A stretch of 64,000 nucleotides of DNA from Thermoanaerobaculia bacterium (GTDB lineage: Bacteria > Acidobacteriota > Thermoanaerobaculia > Multivoradales > UBA5704): the NCBI GenBank assembly GCA_036264355.1, contig DATARD010000047.1, forward strand, positions 2,763-66,762. Direction: 5' to 3'. Positions 1 through 8,710 of the stretch are shown one piece after another (the first letter of the stretch is position 1; the number at the start of each line of letters is the position of its first letter). The position numbers were made by a program, and so were the translations under genes. Below the pieces are notes generated by a model. That model did not search any database. It was not told where the DNA came from and worked only from the letters and a program-made list of their open reading frames with translations.

Positions 1-2239
1 CCTCGCGCTCGATCTCCGCCGCGCTTTGAAACCGCCCCTCCATGGCCTCGATCTCGCCCAGGCTGGAGAGGGCAATCCCGTAGTAGGCGCGCTGGTTCAG
101 GCGGCTGAAGACCGCCCGCGCCGTCTCGTACCGCCCGCGGGCGGCGGTGAGCTGGCCTGCCAGGTGGAGCTGCATCCCTTCGTTGTAGGCCGCGAAGCCG
201 GCGCTCTCGGAGAAAGGGGATTTGGCGAGGAGCGCGGCGGCTTCCTCGGAGCGTTTCCGGGCCCCGGCCTCGTCGCCCTTGCGCAGCAGGACGGCGCTCC
301 AGCCGAAGAGGACTTCGACCTTCTGCGTGGAGTATCCCAGGGTCTCGTAGCGCTCGGAGGCCTCCTGGTAGAGCGTCTCGGCGGTCGTGAGGTCGAGGTT
401 GGAGTAGAGGTAGGCGCGGTTCTGGATCGTCTGCGCCACCCCCAGGAGGTCGCCGGTGCGCTCGAAGCCCTTCCGCGCGAGGCCGAGCTGCTCCTCCGCG
501 GCCGGGGTCTCGCCCGTATCCAAGAGGACTTCGCTCAGGATGAAGCGAGCCCGCGCCTCCCCCCAGATCGCGCCGATTGACCGAGCCTTGGACACGGCTC
601 GCTCCAGGCTCGCCCGGGCCCGAGGGTAACTCTGCTGGGTGAAGAGAGCCTGCCCCTCTTCGAGGTCGAGCCCGGGGTGGGCTTCGGCGCCCGGGAGCGA
701 GCGCAACTCGGCGCAGAGCCGCAGTCCGTCCGCGGCGGCTCCGGCGTTGACGAGATCTTCGGCGGCGAGGATCCCATAGCCCAGATCGTCGGGAAAGAAC
801 TCGCGGAAGAGCGCCTCCGCGCTCTGGGCCACCCCCGCTCGGTCGGAAGCGATCTTCTTCTCGATCTTTTCGAAGCGGCGCTCGTCCTCAGCCGAGAGAG
901 CGGCGGGCGTGCCCTTTGCCTGCCCGGCGAGGCGGCTGGCGGCGGCCAGGGCGGTTCCGGCCTCGGCCGGGCGGCCGAGGGCGAGGTCGGTCCGCGCGAG
1001 GTCCACGAGCACCCAGGTGTGGGGCGCGCGCTTCACGGCTTGGCCCAGGAGCTCCGCCGCGCCCCCCTGGTCCCAGCGCCGTCCCCGCTCAAGCCCCTGG
1101 AAATAGAGCTTCGCGGTCTCCGCATCGGCCGGGAAGAGGGTGCGGTAGTGCCTCGCGTCCGCGAGGTTGAGCGGCGCCGCTCCCAACCGCCGCCGGAAAG
1201 ACGTCTCGGGCGAGGACTCGCCGGCGCGGTCCGCGAGGTCGAGCCAGGCCGCCGCCTCGCCCGTCTCGCTCGCCTGGCCCGCCTTCCGGCCCTGGGCGTC
1301 GTAGAGTGCGAGGTCCAGTCGCACTGCCGTGGTGCCGCCGACCGGCGCGTAGGCGCCCGAGACGATCCAGTCGACGCCCAGGAGGCGCCGCAGCCGGGCG
1401 AGGTCGGCGGCCGGGACCTCGGACCGGGGTGGGAGGAGCAGGTCGGATTCGCCGGGCACCACTGTCTCGCGGTCGGCAGCACGCACCGCCCCTCCCGCGC
1501 CCAGCCTGGCGCTTACCGCCTCGGCGAGGGCGCCCCCCAGCCAGTCCAGGTCCCTGTTGGCAGAGCGGTTGGCGAAGTCGAGCACGGCGACCGAGGGGCG
1601 CGGCAGGGGGACCTTGGCCTTCCAGGGGGAGGCGGCGGCCGCGGCCGGGTGGCGCCGCGCGCTCGCCGCCCGAAAGGATCGCCAGCCATAGACGCCGCCG
1701 GCGACGACCGCCGCCACGGCGAGCCCCAAGGCGGCGAAGCGGAGGACATGCCGCCAGGGGATGGGCGCGCGCGGCACCACAGGCTTGGGCAGCCCGGCCG
1801 GCTCGACCGCCGCGACGCGGATCCCCTCCACCAGGCGGTCCATCGCCTCGCGGGTGATGCCCTTCTTCCGCAGGTCGATCCAGGAGAGGCGCTCGAGGAA
1901 GGGTGGGGGCTCGAAGTCGGCGGCCACCCCGGGCAGGATGACGGGGATGATCCGCGTCCTCCGGACGTGGAACGCCTGCCTTTCGGTCTCGTGCCACTCG
2001 CCCATCCCCGCCGGCCCGACGAAGAAGGCCGCCGACCGCGCCTGCCGGATCACCGTCTCGATCTCGGTCAGCCAGACGCTGCCGCTCGGCATCTTCCAGT
2101 CGGCCCAGACCTTGAGGCCGCTCTTCTCCAAGGCGCGGGCGATCCGCTGGACCGCTGCGCGGTCCCGGCTGTTGTAGCTGAGGAAGACATCGTAACCGGC
2201 GTCCTCCTCCCCGGACACCCTGGAGCCGCTCTCGGCCAC
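1..2239 (-). CDS. TIR-domain transmembrane receptor-like protein (TIR, one TM helix, TolB-N-like periplasmic domain, TPR repeats). The C-terminus runs off the window start.
   Basis: Reverse-strand translation from GTG at 2239 is open to position 1, with RBS gcaGGAGGctagaGTG upstream. The N-terminus has TIR box 1 (YDVFLSYNSRD) and a WHETE segment with a candidate catalytic Glu. A hydrophobic helix (HVLRFAALGLAVAAVVAGGVYGW) follows. Next comes SVAVLDFANRS...VDWIVSGAY...VRLDLALYDAQG, typical of the TolB-N-like periplasmic module, and the rest is TPR-like repeats. The ORF is absent from the supplied track because it has no stop within the window. The listed + ORF 677..2317 is its antisense shadow. 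Confidence 0.72.
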   Translation of the reverse strand, partial: MAESGSRVSGEEDAGYDVFLSYNSRDRAAVQRIARALEKSGLKVWADWKMPSGSVWLTEIETVIRQARSAAFFVGPAGMGEWHETERQAFHVRRTRIIPVILPGVAADFEPPPFLERLSWIDLRKKGITREAMDRLVEGIRVAAVEPAGLPKPVVPRAPIPWRHVLRFAALGLAVAAVVAGGVYGWRSFRAASARRHPAAAAASPWKAKVPLPRPSVAVLDFANRSANRDLDWLGGALAEAVSARLGAGGAVRAADRETVVPGESDLLLPPRSEVPAADLARLRRLLGVDWIVSGAYAPVGGTTAVRLDLALYDAQGRKAGQASETGEAAAWLDLADRAGESSPETSFRRRLGAAPLNLADARHYRTLFPADAETAKLYFQGLERGRRWDQGGAAELLGQAVKRAPHTWVLVDLARTDLALGRPAEAGTALAAASRLAGQAKGTPAALSAEDERRFEKIEKKIASDRAGVAQSAEALFREFFPDDLGYGILAAEDLVNAGAAADGLRLCAELRSLPGAEAHPGLDLEEGQALFTQQSYPRARASLERAVSKARSIGAIWGEARARFILSEVLLDTGETPAAEEQLGLARKGFERTGDLLGVAQTIQNRAYLYSNLDLTTAETLYQEASERYETLGYSTQKVEVLFGWSAVLLRKGDEAGARKRSEEAAALLAKSPFSESAGFAAYNEGMQLHLAGQLTAARGRYETARAVFSRLNQRAYYGIALSSLGEIEAMEGRFQSAAEIERE

Positions 2240-2338
2240 TCTAGCCTCCTGCGAGAGAGAAGAGGGCCTCAGTATACAGGGACCTGTTTATTTTCGTGCC
2301 GAGATAGCGTATACTAAGTAAATCCGCTAAGAGTCCTG

Positions 2339-2350
2339 CTGACAGGTCAG
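2339..2350. promoter_or_regulatory. Palindrome ctgacaggtcag inside the AT-richer divergent intergenic region (2240-2412) between the TIR gene and the Kelch/peptidase gene. Possible operator.
   Basis: The surrounding region has locally lower GC, a tatact/ttattttcg stretch and 5-bp inverted arms. It sits between divergent starts at 2239 (-) and 2413 (+). The + gene carries RBS AGGAGGG before its ATG. Confidence 0.25.
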
Positions 2351-2412
2351 ATCTCCTCGCTCGTCACTCCTCGCACCAGGGCGCCAGACGGACCTTCGAC
2401 AGGAGGGTTTCC

Positions 2413-5400
2413 ATGAGGCGATCGTGGCTCGCTGTGCTGGTGGCCGGAGGGTTGGCCCTGGGGGCGGTGGGGAGGGCGGAGGCGGGGTGGTCGACGTCCC
2501 CGAATGTGCATCTCCTTACGCCCAGGGAGGTGCATACCTCAACGCTCTTGCTTTCCGGCAAGGTTCTTGTGACGGGCGGCATAACGCGTCTCCAGGGTTT
2601 GAGGCTCGCGTCGACCTCGGCCGCCGAGGTGTTCGACCCGCTTTCCGGAACTTGGACCTACACTGGGTCTTTGATCGAATCACGTGCCGAACATACCGCC
2701 ACGCTACTGCGCTCTGGCAAGGTTCTGGTAGTTGGCGGCGCGAACGTAACTCCTGGACAGCAGAACAGCGCTCTGGCCTCGGCTGAGATCTTTGACCCCG
2801 CCATGGGGGTCTTCCGCTCCACGGGGAGCCTCTCCACGGCAAGAGCCCAGCATACTGCAACCCTCCTATCGGACGGCAAGGTCCTCGTCGTCGGGGGAAA
2901 TGACGTTTCAGCGATTACGAACCCGAAGAATGTGACGAGCGCCGAGCTCTATGATCCCATCAGCGAAACCTGGAGCACTGTTCCTCTGCTTCCGAGCATC
3001 GGCGGCACGCATACCGCCACGCTGCTCCCCGCTACCCTCGCCGGGGAAGGCAGGGTGTTGGTCGCGAGCTCAGTCGCCAACAACGATCCGAAGATGGAAA
3101 TGTATACCTACAATCCGAATACAGGCGACTGGAAGCTCACCCGTTTTTCGCTCCAACTCCAACAGGTCGACACTGCCATTCTCCTCCCATCATCCCCTAC
3201 CTCAGGTCCCAAGGTGCTGCTGGTGGGAGGTACCAAGTCAGAGATATGGGACCCTCAGAGTTACAGGGAAGCAGCCGTAGTCGACCACAGTTATCAGAGC
3301 TCGACGGCAACGTTGCTGCCGTCTGGAAAAGTGATCTTCACCGGCTTCTCAGAAGGCCACACCGGTAACGAGCTCTATGATCCATCGTCTTCTGTATGGA
3401 CAACTCCGCCAGATTACTCAGGAGCTCTGCAAGGCAGAGCTGCCACCCTCCTGCCTGCGGGCGGTGCTTTGGTGACAGGAGGCGATTACGGCGACGGTGT
3501 TGCGATTTACGAACAGCCGAACGGGAGCTGGAGCTACCCTGTGGTCAGCAGCCCGACGGCTGATCTCTCGATAACGTTCCCGAGCCTCCTGGCTTCCGGT
3601 AAAGCGATCGCCCTCACGGTCGACGGCTCCAGTGCCAAAATCGGAGTCTTGATCTTCGATGAAGCAAGCGAAACCTGGAGCTCGGGCGCCAATGCTCCAC
3701 AGGGACTTCGCGGACCCAATGTCCGGCAGAGCCTGCTATTGCCATCCGGCAAGTTACTGGTCATAACCAACTCGCATGCGTGGACCTACAGTGGAACTGA
3801 GGACGCTTGGACCGATGCATACGACTCCGCAGATTTTGAGAGCTTCACGTTACTCCTATCTGGCAAGGTACTTGAGATTCCCGCCGGTTCATTGAAAAGC
3901 AGCCTCCTCGACCCTCTTACAGGCAACACGCAGAGCACCGGCTCAACTCACCTCGCACGAGCCAACCCGGCCGCGACCATCGTGCTCTCTGGCAAGGTGC
4001 TCATTACGGGGGGGGCGCTTTTCGCTACCGATGACAGTGTCGAGACCTATGATCCTGAGACCGCAGAGTGGGTGACGACAGGGAGGCTCCAGAACAAGAG
4101 GCTCGATCCGACTGTCACCTTGCTTCCCTCCGGCAAGGTGCTGGTACTCGGTGGGGGCGATGGCCAAAGCTTGCCTGCCGAGATTTATGATCCCACTACG
4201 GGCACCTCCTCTTCGATCGCTTCACCTTCACCTCCGATACAAGGATCCACGCTGGCCACGGTCCTGCCTTCTGGCAAAGTCTTCGTGACGTATGACGGTG
4301 GAATAGGGATGTACAATCCCACAACCGGGGCGTGGGAATCCGTCCCGGCGATGAGCCGATTCACGATCCGCTCTCAGGTTCTCCTGGGCTCTGGAAAGGT
4401 GCTAGCCCTCGGCAGCACCGCGGGTGAGATCGCAATCTATGACCCCAACCCCCAGGCTATACCGAGCCGTACCTCTATCACGTCGATCACGACATCAACC
4501 ACGACTCCACTCCCATCTCAAGCAGCGCCAGTCCTCACGTATCACGATCCCTTAGTCCTCGAGGGAATCGGCTTCCGTGGAGCGTCTGAGGCGACTCATG
4601 GAGCGACCAACAGTTCTGCGGTCGACTTCCCACTGGTCCAGTTGCGCAGCGTGGACGGCCGGATAGTCCGCTTTCTAGCCGCCACCCAGTCCGATTTCTC
4701 TGACACCAAGGTGACCTTGAACGATCTGCCACCCGGGAGCCTGGACCCGGGTTTTCATCTACTCTCCGTCATTGTCGCCGGCGAAACGAGCGATCCAGTG
4801 ACGGTCCAGGTCGATTGCCGCGTGGGCGCTGAGGCGCCAGTACAACAAGGCTCAAGAATTACCTTCGGAGACTCGGCAACCTTCACCGCCAACTGTGCCG
4901 GAGCGGAACACTATCAGTGGAAGAAGGATGGCTCCGATCTCGTAGGGGCGACGGGACCGTCCTATACCACTCCGCCTATCACCGCCGCGGACTTGGGCTC
5001 CAATTATTCGGTCGTCTGCCGGTCGAGCTGCGATGACGTACAGAATACGGCGCCTTCCGCCTCCATACCTCTGGCCGTCACCGACGATACGGCTCCCGCG
5101 GCGGCCGTCCTCTCCCCCAATGGCGGCGAGATCTGGGTGCTGTCGAGCGCCTCCCAGACCAATACGCAGACCCTCACTTGGTCGATGTCCGACAACGGTC
5201 TGATCTGCAAGCTCGTCGTCAATCTTCTCGCCGTGGACGCGAACGGTAAAGTCCAAACGACCATCCTCCTTCATTCGGAGGATAAGGGGACTGCCTGCTC
5301 GTTCTCGAACCAGGTGACGACGACCTTCTTGACGTACACCGTTCAGACCACGTTACCCGCTGCGCAGGGCCTTTTCTACAAGATCGAGATCGACGTCACC

Positions 5401-8400
5401 GACCAGGCCGACCATACGACGGTGGCACAGAGCACGAATCCTTTCTACATGGTCAACCCGGCGACGAGCGATTCGGTGCGGACCCTGATCTTGAGCAACC
5501 TGAAGCAGATGCGGCTCGCGGACGCCGACGCGTCGCGCCTCACCGCCAGCCTCTCCGACCTCGCCAACTTCGCCAACGCTCCGGGAGTGTGGTTCGACCT
5601 CCGCGGGAGCACCGTGGACAAGCATCTGCTCGACGCCTGGGGGAGCTGCCAGAGCTCCACACCTCCGACGTGTGACGCCGCGACGGCCAACGCTCTCGTC
5701 TCCGCGATCCGCGGCTACATCGGCGAGATCCTGCAGGCTTATCCCAAGCTCCGCTACGTGGTCCTCGTGGGCGACGACCGCGCCATTCCCTTCGCGCGCG
5801 TCAAGGACGGGACGACCGGGCCTGCCGAGCAGGACTATGTTCCCGCGAACCTCACGGACGGGAGCACCGTCGGCTCGGCCCTGGAGAAGAACTTCTACCT
5901 GAGCGACGACGTCGTCGTCTCGCACAGCGGGGAACCCTTCCCAGAGGACGGCGTGGATCCCGTGTCCGGCGCGTTCCTCCCCGACCTCGCGGTCGGCCGC
6001 CTGGTCGAGACGCCCGAGGAGATCATCCAGACGATCACCAACTTCATCCAGCAGAACGGGGTGCTCGACCTCACCCAGACCCCGAGCCCCAAGGTCCTCG
6101 TCACCGGGTACGACTTCCTGCTCGACTCGGCGCGGGCGATCGCCAACGACTGGGACGCCGTGGACAGCGGTCTCCTCGGGGCCGACTGGACCGCGGAGAA
6201 ACTGAAAGCGAAGCTGGCCAACGATCACCGGCTCTTTTTTCTGAACGGTCATGCGGCGCACTTCGCGGAAGGGGTACCGGGGACGAGCGACGCCAATATC
6301 CCGGGCCTGTCGGCGGCGGACATCGCGAGTCTGCCGGCGCCCGGCTTGAACGGTGGGGTCGTCTTCGCCGTCGGGTGCCATGGAGGGCTCACGGTCCCGG
6401 GGTCCACGGACGACAACAGTGCGGACCACTCCTTGGACCTTCCCCAGACCTTCCTCCGCGAGGGGGCCGTCGCCTATGTCGCGAACTCGGGCTTCGGCTG
6501 GGGGTTGCAGGACGGGATCGGGTACTCCGAGCGGTTGATCCAGCTCCTGTCCGACCAGATGCGGTCCGGCGGCACGATTGCGGTCGGCGACGCGGTCCGC
6601 GCCGCCAAGCTGAGCTACTTCCTCCAGCGCTTGGCGGCGGACAGCGCCTACGACCAGAAGGTGCTCTTCGAATGGACGCTCTTCGGCCTGCCGATGTACG
6701 CCGTGAAGACAGGGATCGCCGCGAAGAGCGCCTCCTCCTGGAGCCTCCCGCCCCGCAAGGAGGTTCCGGCGGTCGAGCACCTCGGCCCAGTCACCGTGAC
6801 GCGGCGCCCCGCCACCCCGACGGCCAACGCGGTCCCGCCCCGCTTCCTGACCCAGCTCGACCTCGCGTTCGACTTCAGCGGAGGGAGCGTGTACAAGAAG
6901 CACAATGCCGCGGGGAACGACGTCACGGACTCGGGCTGCCCGCAGGATGCCAACGGCTGCTACTACACCCTGAACGGGCTCAGCACCGGGGCGGCCGGCC
7001 TGCCGATCCTTCCCTATTTCGTCTACGACTCGCGCCTCTCCGGGACGAGCCAGCATGGGGTTCTCTGGCTTGGGGGGAGCTACGTCGAGGAGACGGGGTG
7101 GAAGCCGGTCGTTGCCCAGCTCATCTCGAACAGCGGCGCTCAGACCTCCGGCGGCTCTCTGCCCTATCCTCTCCAGCCCCATCCGGTGTCCCAGGGCCGT
7201 CCGCGGCCCACGGGCGCCAACGCCTGCCCGGCGTCCGACCTCGATCCCCAAAGCCTGGTCGTGGTCACCGGAGAGATCGCGAGCATGGGCACCCGGCACC
7301 GGCGTTTCGACCATTTCAACGCCGAGATTCTCTACTACAACAACAACGACAGCCGGGAAAACTGCCAGCAGGAAGGGCCCGGCATCGCGGCCCCGGTCCA
7401 GCCGTACCACCAGGTGAACGGGTCCACCGTGACCTGGAGCGTCCCCGTCACCGCGGCGGGGGGCGCCGACGTCTGGCGGGTCCTCGTCCTCTACGACCTT
7501 GGCCCCGACTCCCAGGGAAGAGGAGCCTGGGCTCCGCTCGAGCTCGCGCCGGACGGCAGCGGCAACTGGACCGGTAGCCTCACTCTGCCCGCCGGAAGGG
7601 GACTCTCCTATCTGATCGAGGCGGTCAGCACGCATGGCAACGTTGGCTGGCTGGCGAGCGGCATCGAGGGCGTCTCCATCCCCACGCCGACGGCGGTGGG
7701 CGCGCCGCCCACCCCGACGATCGCCTCCCCTCTGCCCACCGACACCTTCGGCGTCGGCGACACGGTCGTCCTTCAGGGGAGCGCCGTCGACGCGCAGGGC
7801 GGGGCGCTTCCGGACAGTGCTCTCTCCTGGACTGTCCTCCTGCACCAGGGGAGCCAGGTGCAGACGGTCTTCGGCCCGGCCTCGGGGGCGAGTGTCTCCT
7901 TCACCGCGCCGCCGCCGGCGAGCTTCGCCGCGGCCGTGGACGGCTATTTGGAGATTCAGCTCAAGGCGACCGACGCCATGGGGCAGTCGAACACCGTCAG
8001 CCAGCGGCTCGATCCCGCCCGGGTCGCCCTGACCTTCGCCACCCAGCCAGCGGGCCTGACCCTGACGATCAACGGCGCCGCCATGGTGGCGCCGCAGAGC
8101 GTCACCTCCTGGCGGGGCTACCCGATCGACCTTGCGGCGTCCACGCAGAGCGGAGCCGGCGGGCAGCGCTACGCCTTCCAATCCTGGTCGGACGGCGGAG
8201 GCTGGAGCCACACCCTGGTGACCCCGGCCGCCCCGGCGACCGACACCGCCGTCTTCCTGCTCTCGCAGACGACCGGCCCCCTGTCCTTCTTCACCGTGCT
8301 GCCCTGCCGGGTGATCGACACGCGCCTTCCTCTGGGTCCGATGGGCAGCCCGTCCCTGAGCGCCGGCCAGGTTCGGTACTTCACTCTCCCCGGGGTCTGC

Positions 8401-8652
8401 AAGGTCCCGCAAACGGCGCGCGCGGTGGCGGTCAACGTCACCATCGTCAACCCGACTGGCACCGGCTATCTCACCATCCATCCGGCGGACCAGCCGGCGG
8501 CGCTGACCAGCGTCCTCAACTTCACGCCGGGGATGGTGCGGGCGAACAACGCCATCCTCTACCTGGGGGAAACCGGCACCTTCGCGGTGACCTTCGTCGG
8601 TTCGCCGGGGACGGTTGATTTCGTCGTGGATCTCGTGGGCTTCTTCGAGTGA
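2413..8652 (+). CDS. Giant secreted protein with an N-terminal Kelch-type beta-propeller, a central clan-CD (gingipain/C25-like, caspase-fold) cysteine peptidase domain, Ig-like spacer regions and an uncharacterised C-terminal domain.
   Basis: The ORF is 2079 aa with RBS AGGAGGG and signal peptide MRRSWLAVLVAGGLALGAVGRAEA. The N-terminal third contains more than ten repeats of HTATLLxSGKVLVxGG (Kelch / galactose-oxidase type). The peptidase-like core has VVLVGDDRAIPF, a His motif FFLNGHAAHF and a Cys motif VFAVGCHGG. The C-terminal ~120 aa carries PCRVIDTR...NPTGTGYLTIHP...VDLVGFFE. The large minus ORF 5353..8931 is an antisense shadow. Confidence 0.8.
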   Translation: MRRSWLAVLVAGGLALGAVGRAEAGWSTSPNVHLLTPREVHTSTLLLSGKVLVTGGITRLQGLRLASTSAAEVFDPLSGTWTYTGSLIESRAEHTATLLRSGKVLVVGGANVTPGQQNSALASAEIFDPAMGVFRSTGSLSTARAQHTATLLSDGKVLVVGGNDVSAITNPKNVTSAELYDPISETWSTVPLLPSIGGTHTATLLPATLAGEGRVLVASSVANNDPKMEMYTYNPNTGDWKLTRFSLQLQQVDTAILLPSSPTSGPKVLLVGGTKSEIWDPQSYREAAVVDHSYQSSTATLLPSGKVIFTGFSEGHTGNELYDPSSSVWTTPPDYSGALQGRAATLLPAGGALVTGGDYGDGVAIYEQPNGSWSYPVVSSPTADLSITFPSLLASGKAIALTVDGSSAKIGVLIFDEASETWSSGANAPQGLRGPNVRQSLLLPSGKLLVITNSHAWTYSGTEDAWTDAYDSADFESFTLLLSGKVLEIPAGSLKSSLLDPLTGNTQSTGSTHLARANPAATIVLSGKVLITGGALFATDDSVETYDPETAEWVTTGRLQNKRLDPTVTLLPSGKVLVLGGGDGQSLPAEIYDPTTGTSSSIASPSPPIQGSTLATVLPSGKVFVTYDGGIGMYNPTTGAWESVPAMSRFTIRSQVLLGSGKVLALGSTAGEIAIYDPNPQAIPSRTSITSITTSTTTPLPSQAAPVLTYHDPLVLEGIGFRGASEATHGATNSSAVDFPLVQLRSVDGRIVRFLAATQSDFSDTKVTLNDLPPGSLDPGFHLLSVIVAGETSDPVTVQVDCRVGAEAPVQQGSRITFGDSATFTANCAGAEHYQWKKDGSDLVGATGPSYTTPPITAADLGSNYSVVCRSSCDDVQNTAPSASIPLAVTDDTAPAAAVLSPNGGEIWVLSSASQTNTQTLTWSMSDNGLICKLVVNLLAVDANGKVQTTILLHSEDKGTACSFSNQVTTTFLTYTVQTTLPAAQGLFYKIEIDVTDQADHTTVAQSTNPFYMVNPATSDSVRTLILSNLKQMRLADADASRLTASLSDLANFANAPGVWFDLRGSTVDKHLLDAWGSCQSSTPPTCDAATANALVSAIRGYIGEILQAYPKLRYVVLVGDDRAIPFARVKDGTTGPAEQDYVPANLTDGSTVGSALEKNFYLSDDVVVSHSGEPFPEDGVDPVSGAFLPDLAVGRLVETPEEIIQTITNFIQQNGVLDLTQTPSPKVLVTGYDFLLDSARAIANDWDAVDSGLLGADWTAEKLKAKLANDHRLFFLNGHAAHFAEGVPGTSDANIPGLSAADIASLPAPGLNGGVVFAVGCHGGLTVPGSTDDNSADHSLDLPQTFLREGAVAYVANSGFGWGLQDGIGYSERLIQLLSDQMRSGGTIAVGDAVRAAKLSYFLQRLAADSAYDQKVLFEWTLFGLPMYAVKTGIAAKSASSWSLPPRKEVPAVEHLGPVTVTRRPATPTANAVPPRFLTQLDLAFDFSGGSVYKKHNAAGNDVTDSGCPQDANGCYYTLNGLSTGAAGLPILPYFVYDSRLSGTSQHGVLWLGGSYVEETGWKPVVAQLISNSGAQTSGGSLPYPLQPHPVSQGRPRPTGANACPASDLDPQSLVVVTGEIASMGTRHRRFDHFNAEILYYNNNDSRENCQQEGPGIAAPVQPYHQVNGSTVTWSVPVTAAGGADVWRVLVLYDLGPDSQGRGAWAPLELAPDGSGNWTGSLTLPAGRGLSYLIEAVSTHGNVGWLASGIEGVSIPTPTAVGAPPTPTIASPLPTDTFGVGDTVVLQGSAVDAQGGALPDSALSWTVLLHQGSQVQTVFGPASGASVSFTAPPPASFAAAVDGYLEIQLKATDAMGQSNTVSQRLDPARVALTFATQPAGLTLTINGAAMVAPQSVTSWRGYPIDLAASTQSGAGGQRYAFQSWSDGGGWSHTLVTPAAPATDTAVFLLSQTTGPLSFFTVLPCRVIDTRLPLGPMGSPSLSAGQVRYFTLPGVCKVPQTARAVAVNVTIVNPTGTGYLTIHPADQPAALTSVLNFTPGMVRANNAILYLGETGTFAVTFVGSPGTVDFVVDLVGFFE

Positions 8653-8710
8653 GCTGGAATCCAGGTGCCACCCGGGGGCGACCCTGGCCCGCGTGATATA
8701 TGCTCTCGGC

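Noticed and set aside
677-2317. 546-aa + strand ORF (and nested ORFs 909..1170, 1089..1997, 1306..1857)
   Set aside because: Antisense shadow of the minus-strand TIR-TPR gene. The composition is Arg/Gly/Pro-rich with no recognisable domains, whereas the opposite strand translates into clear TIR/TolB-N/TPR sequence.
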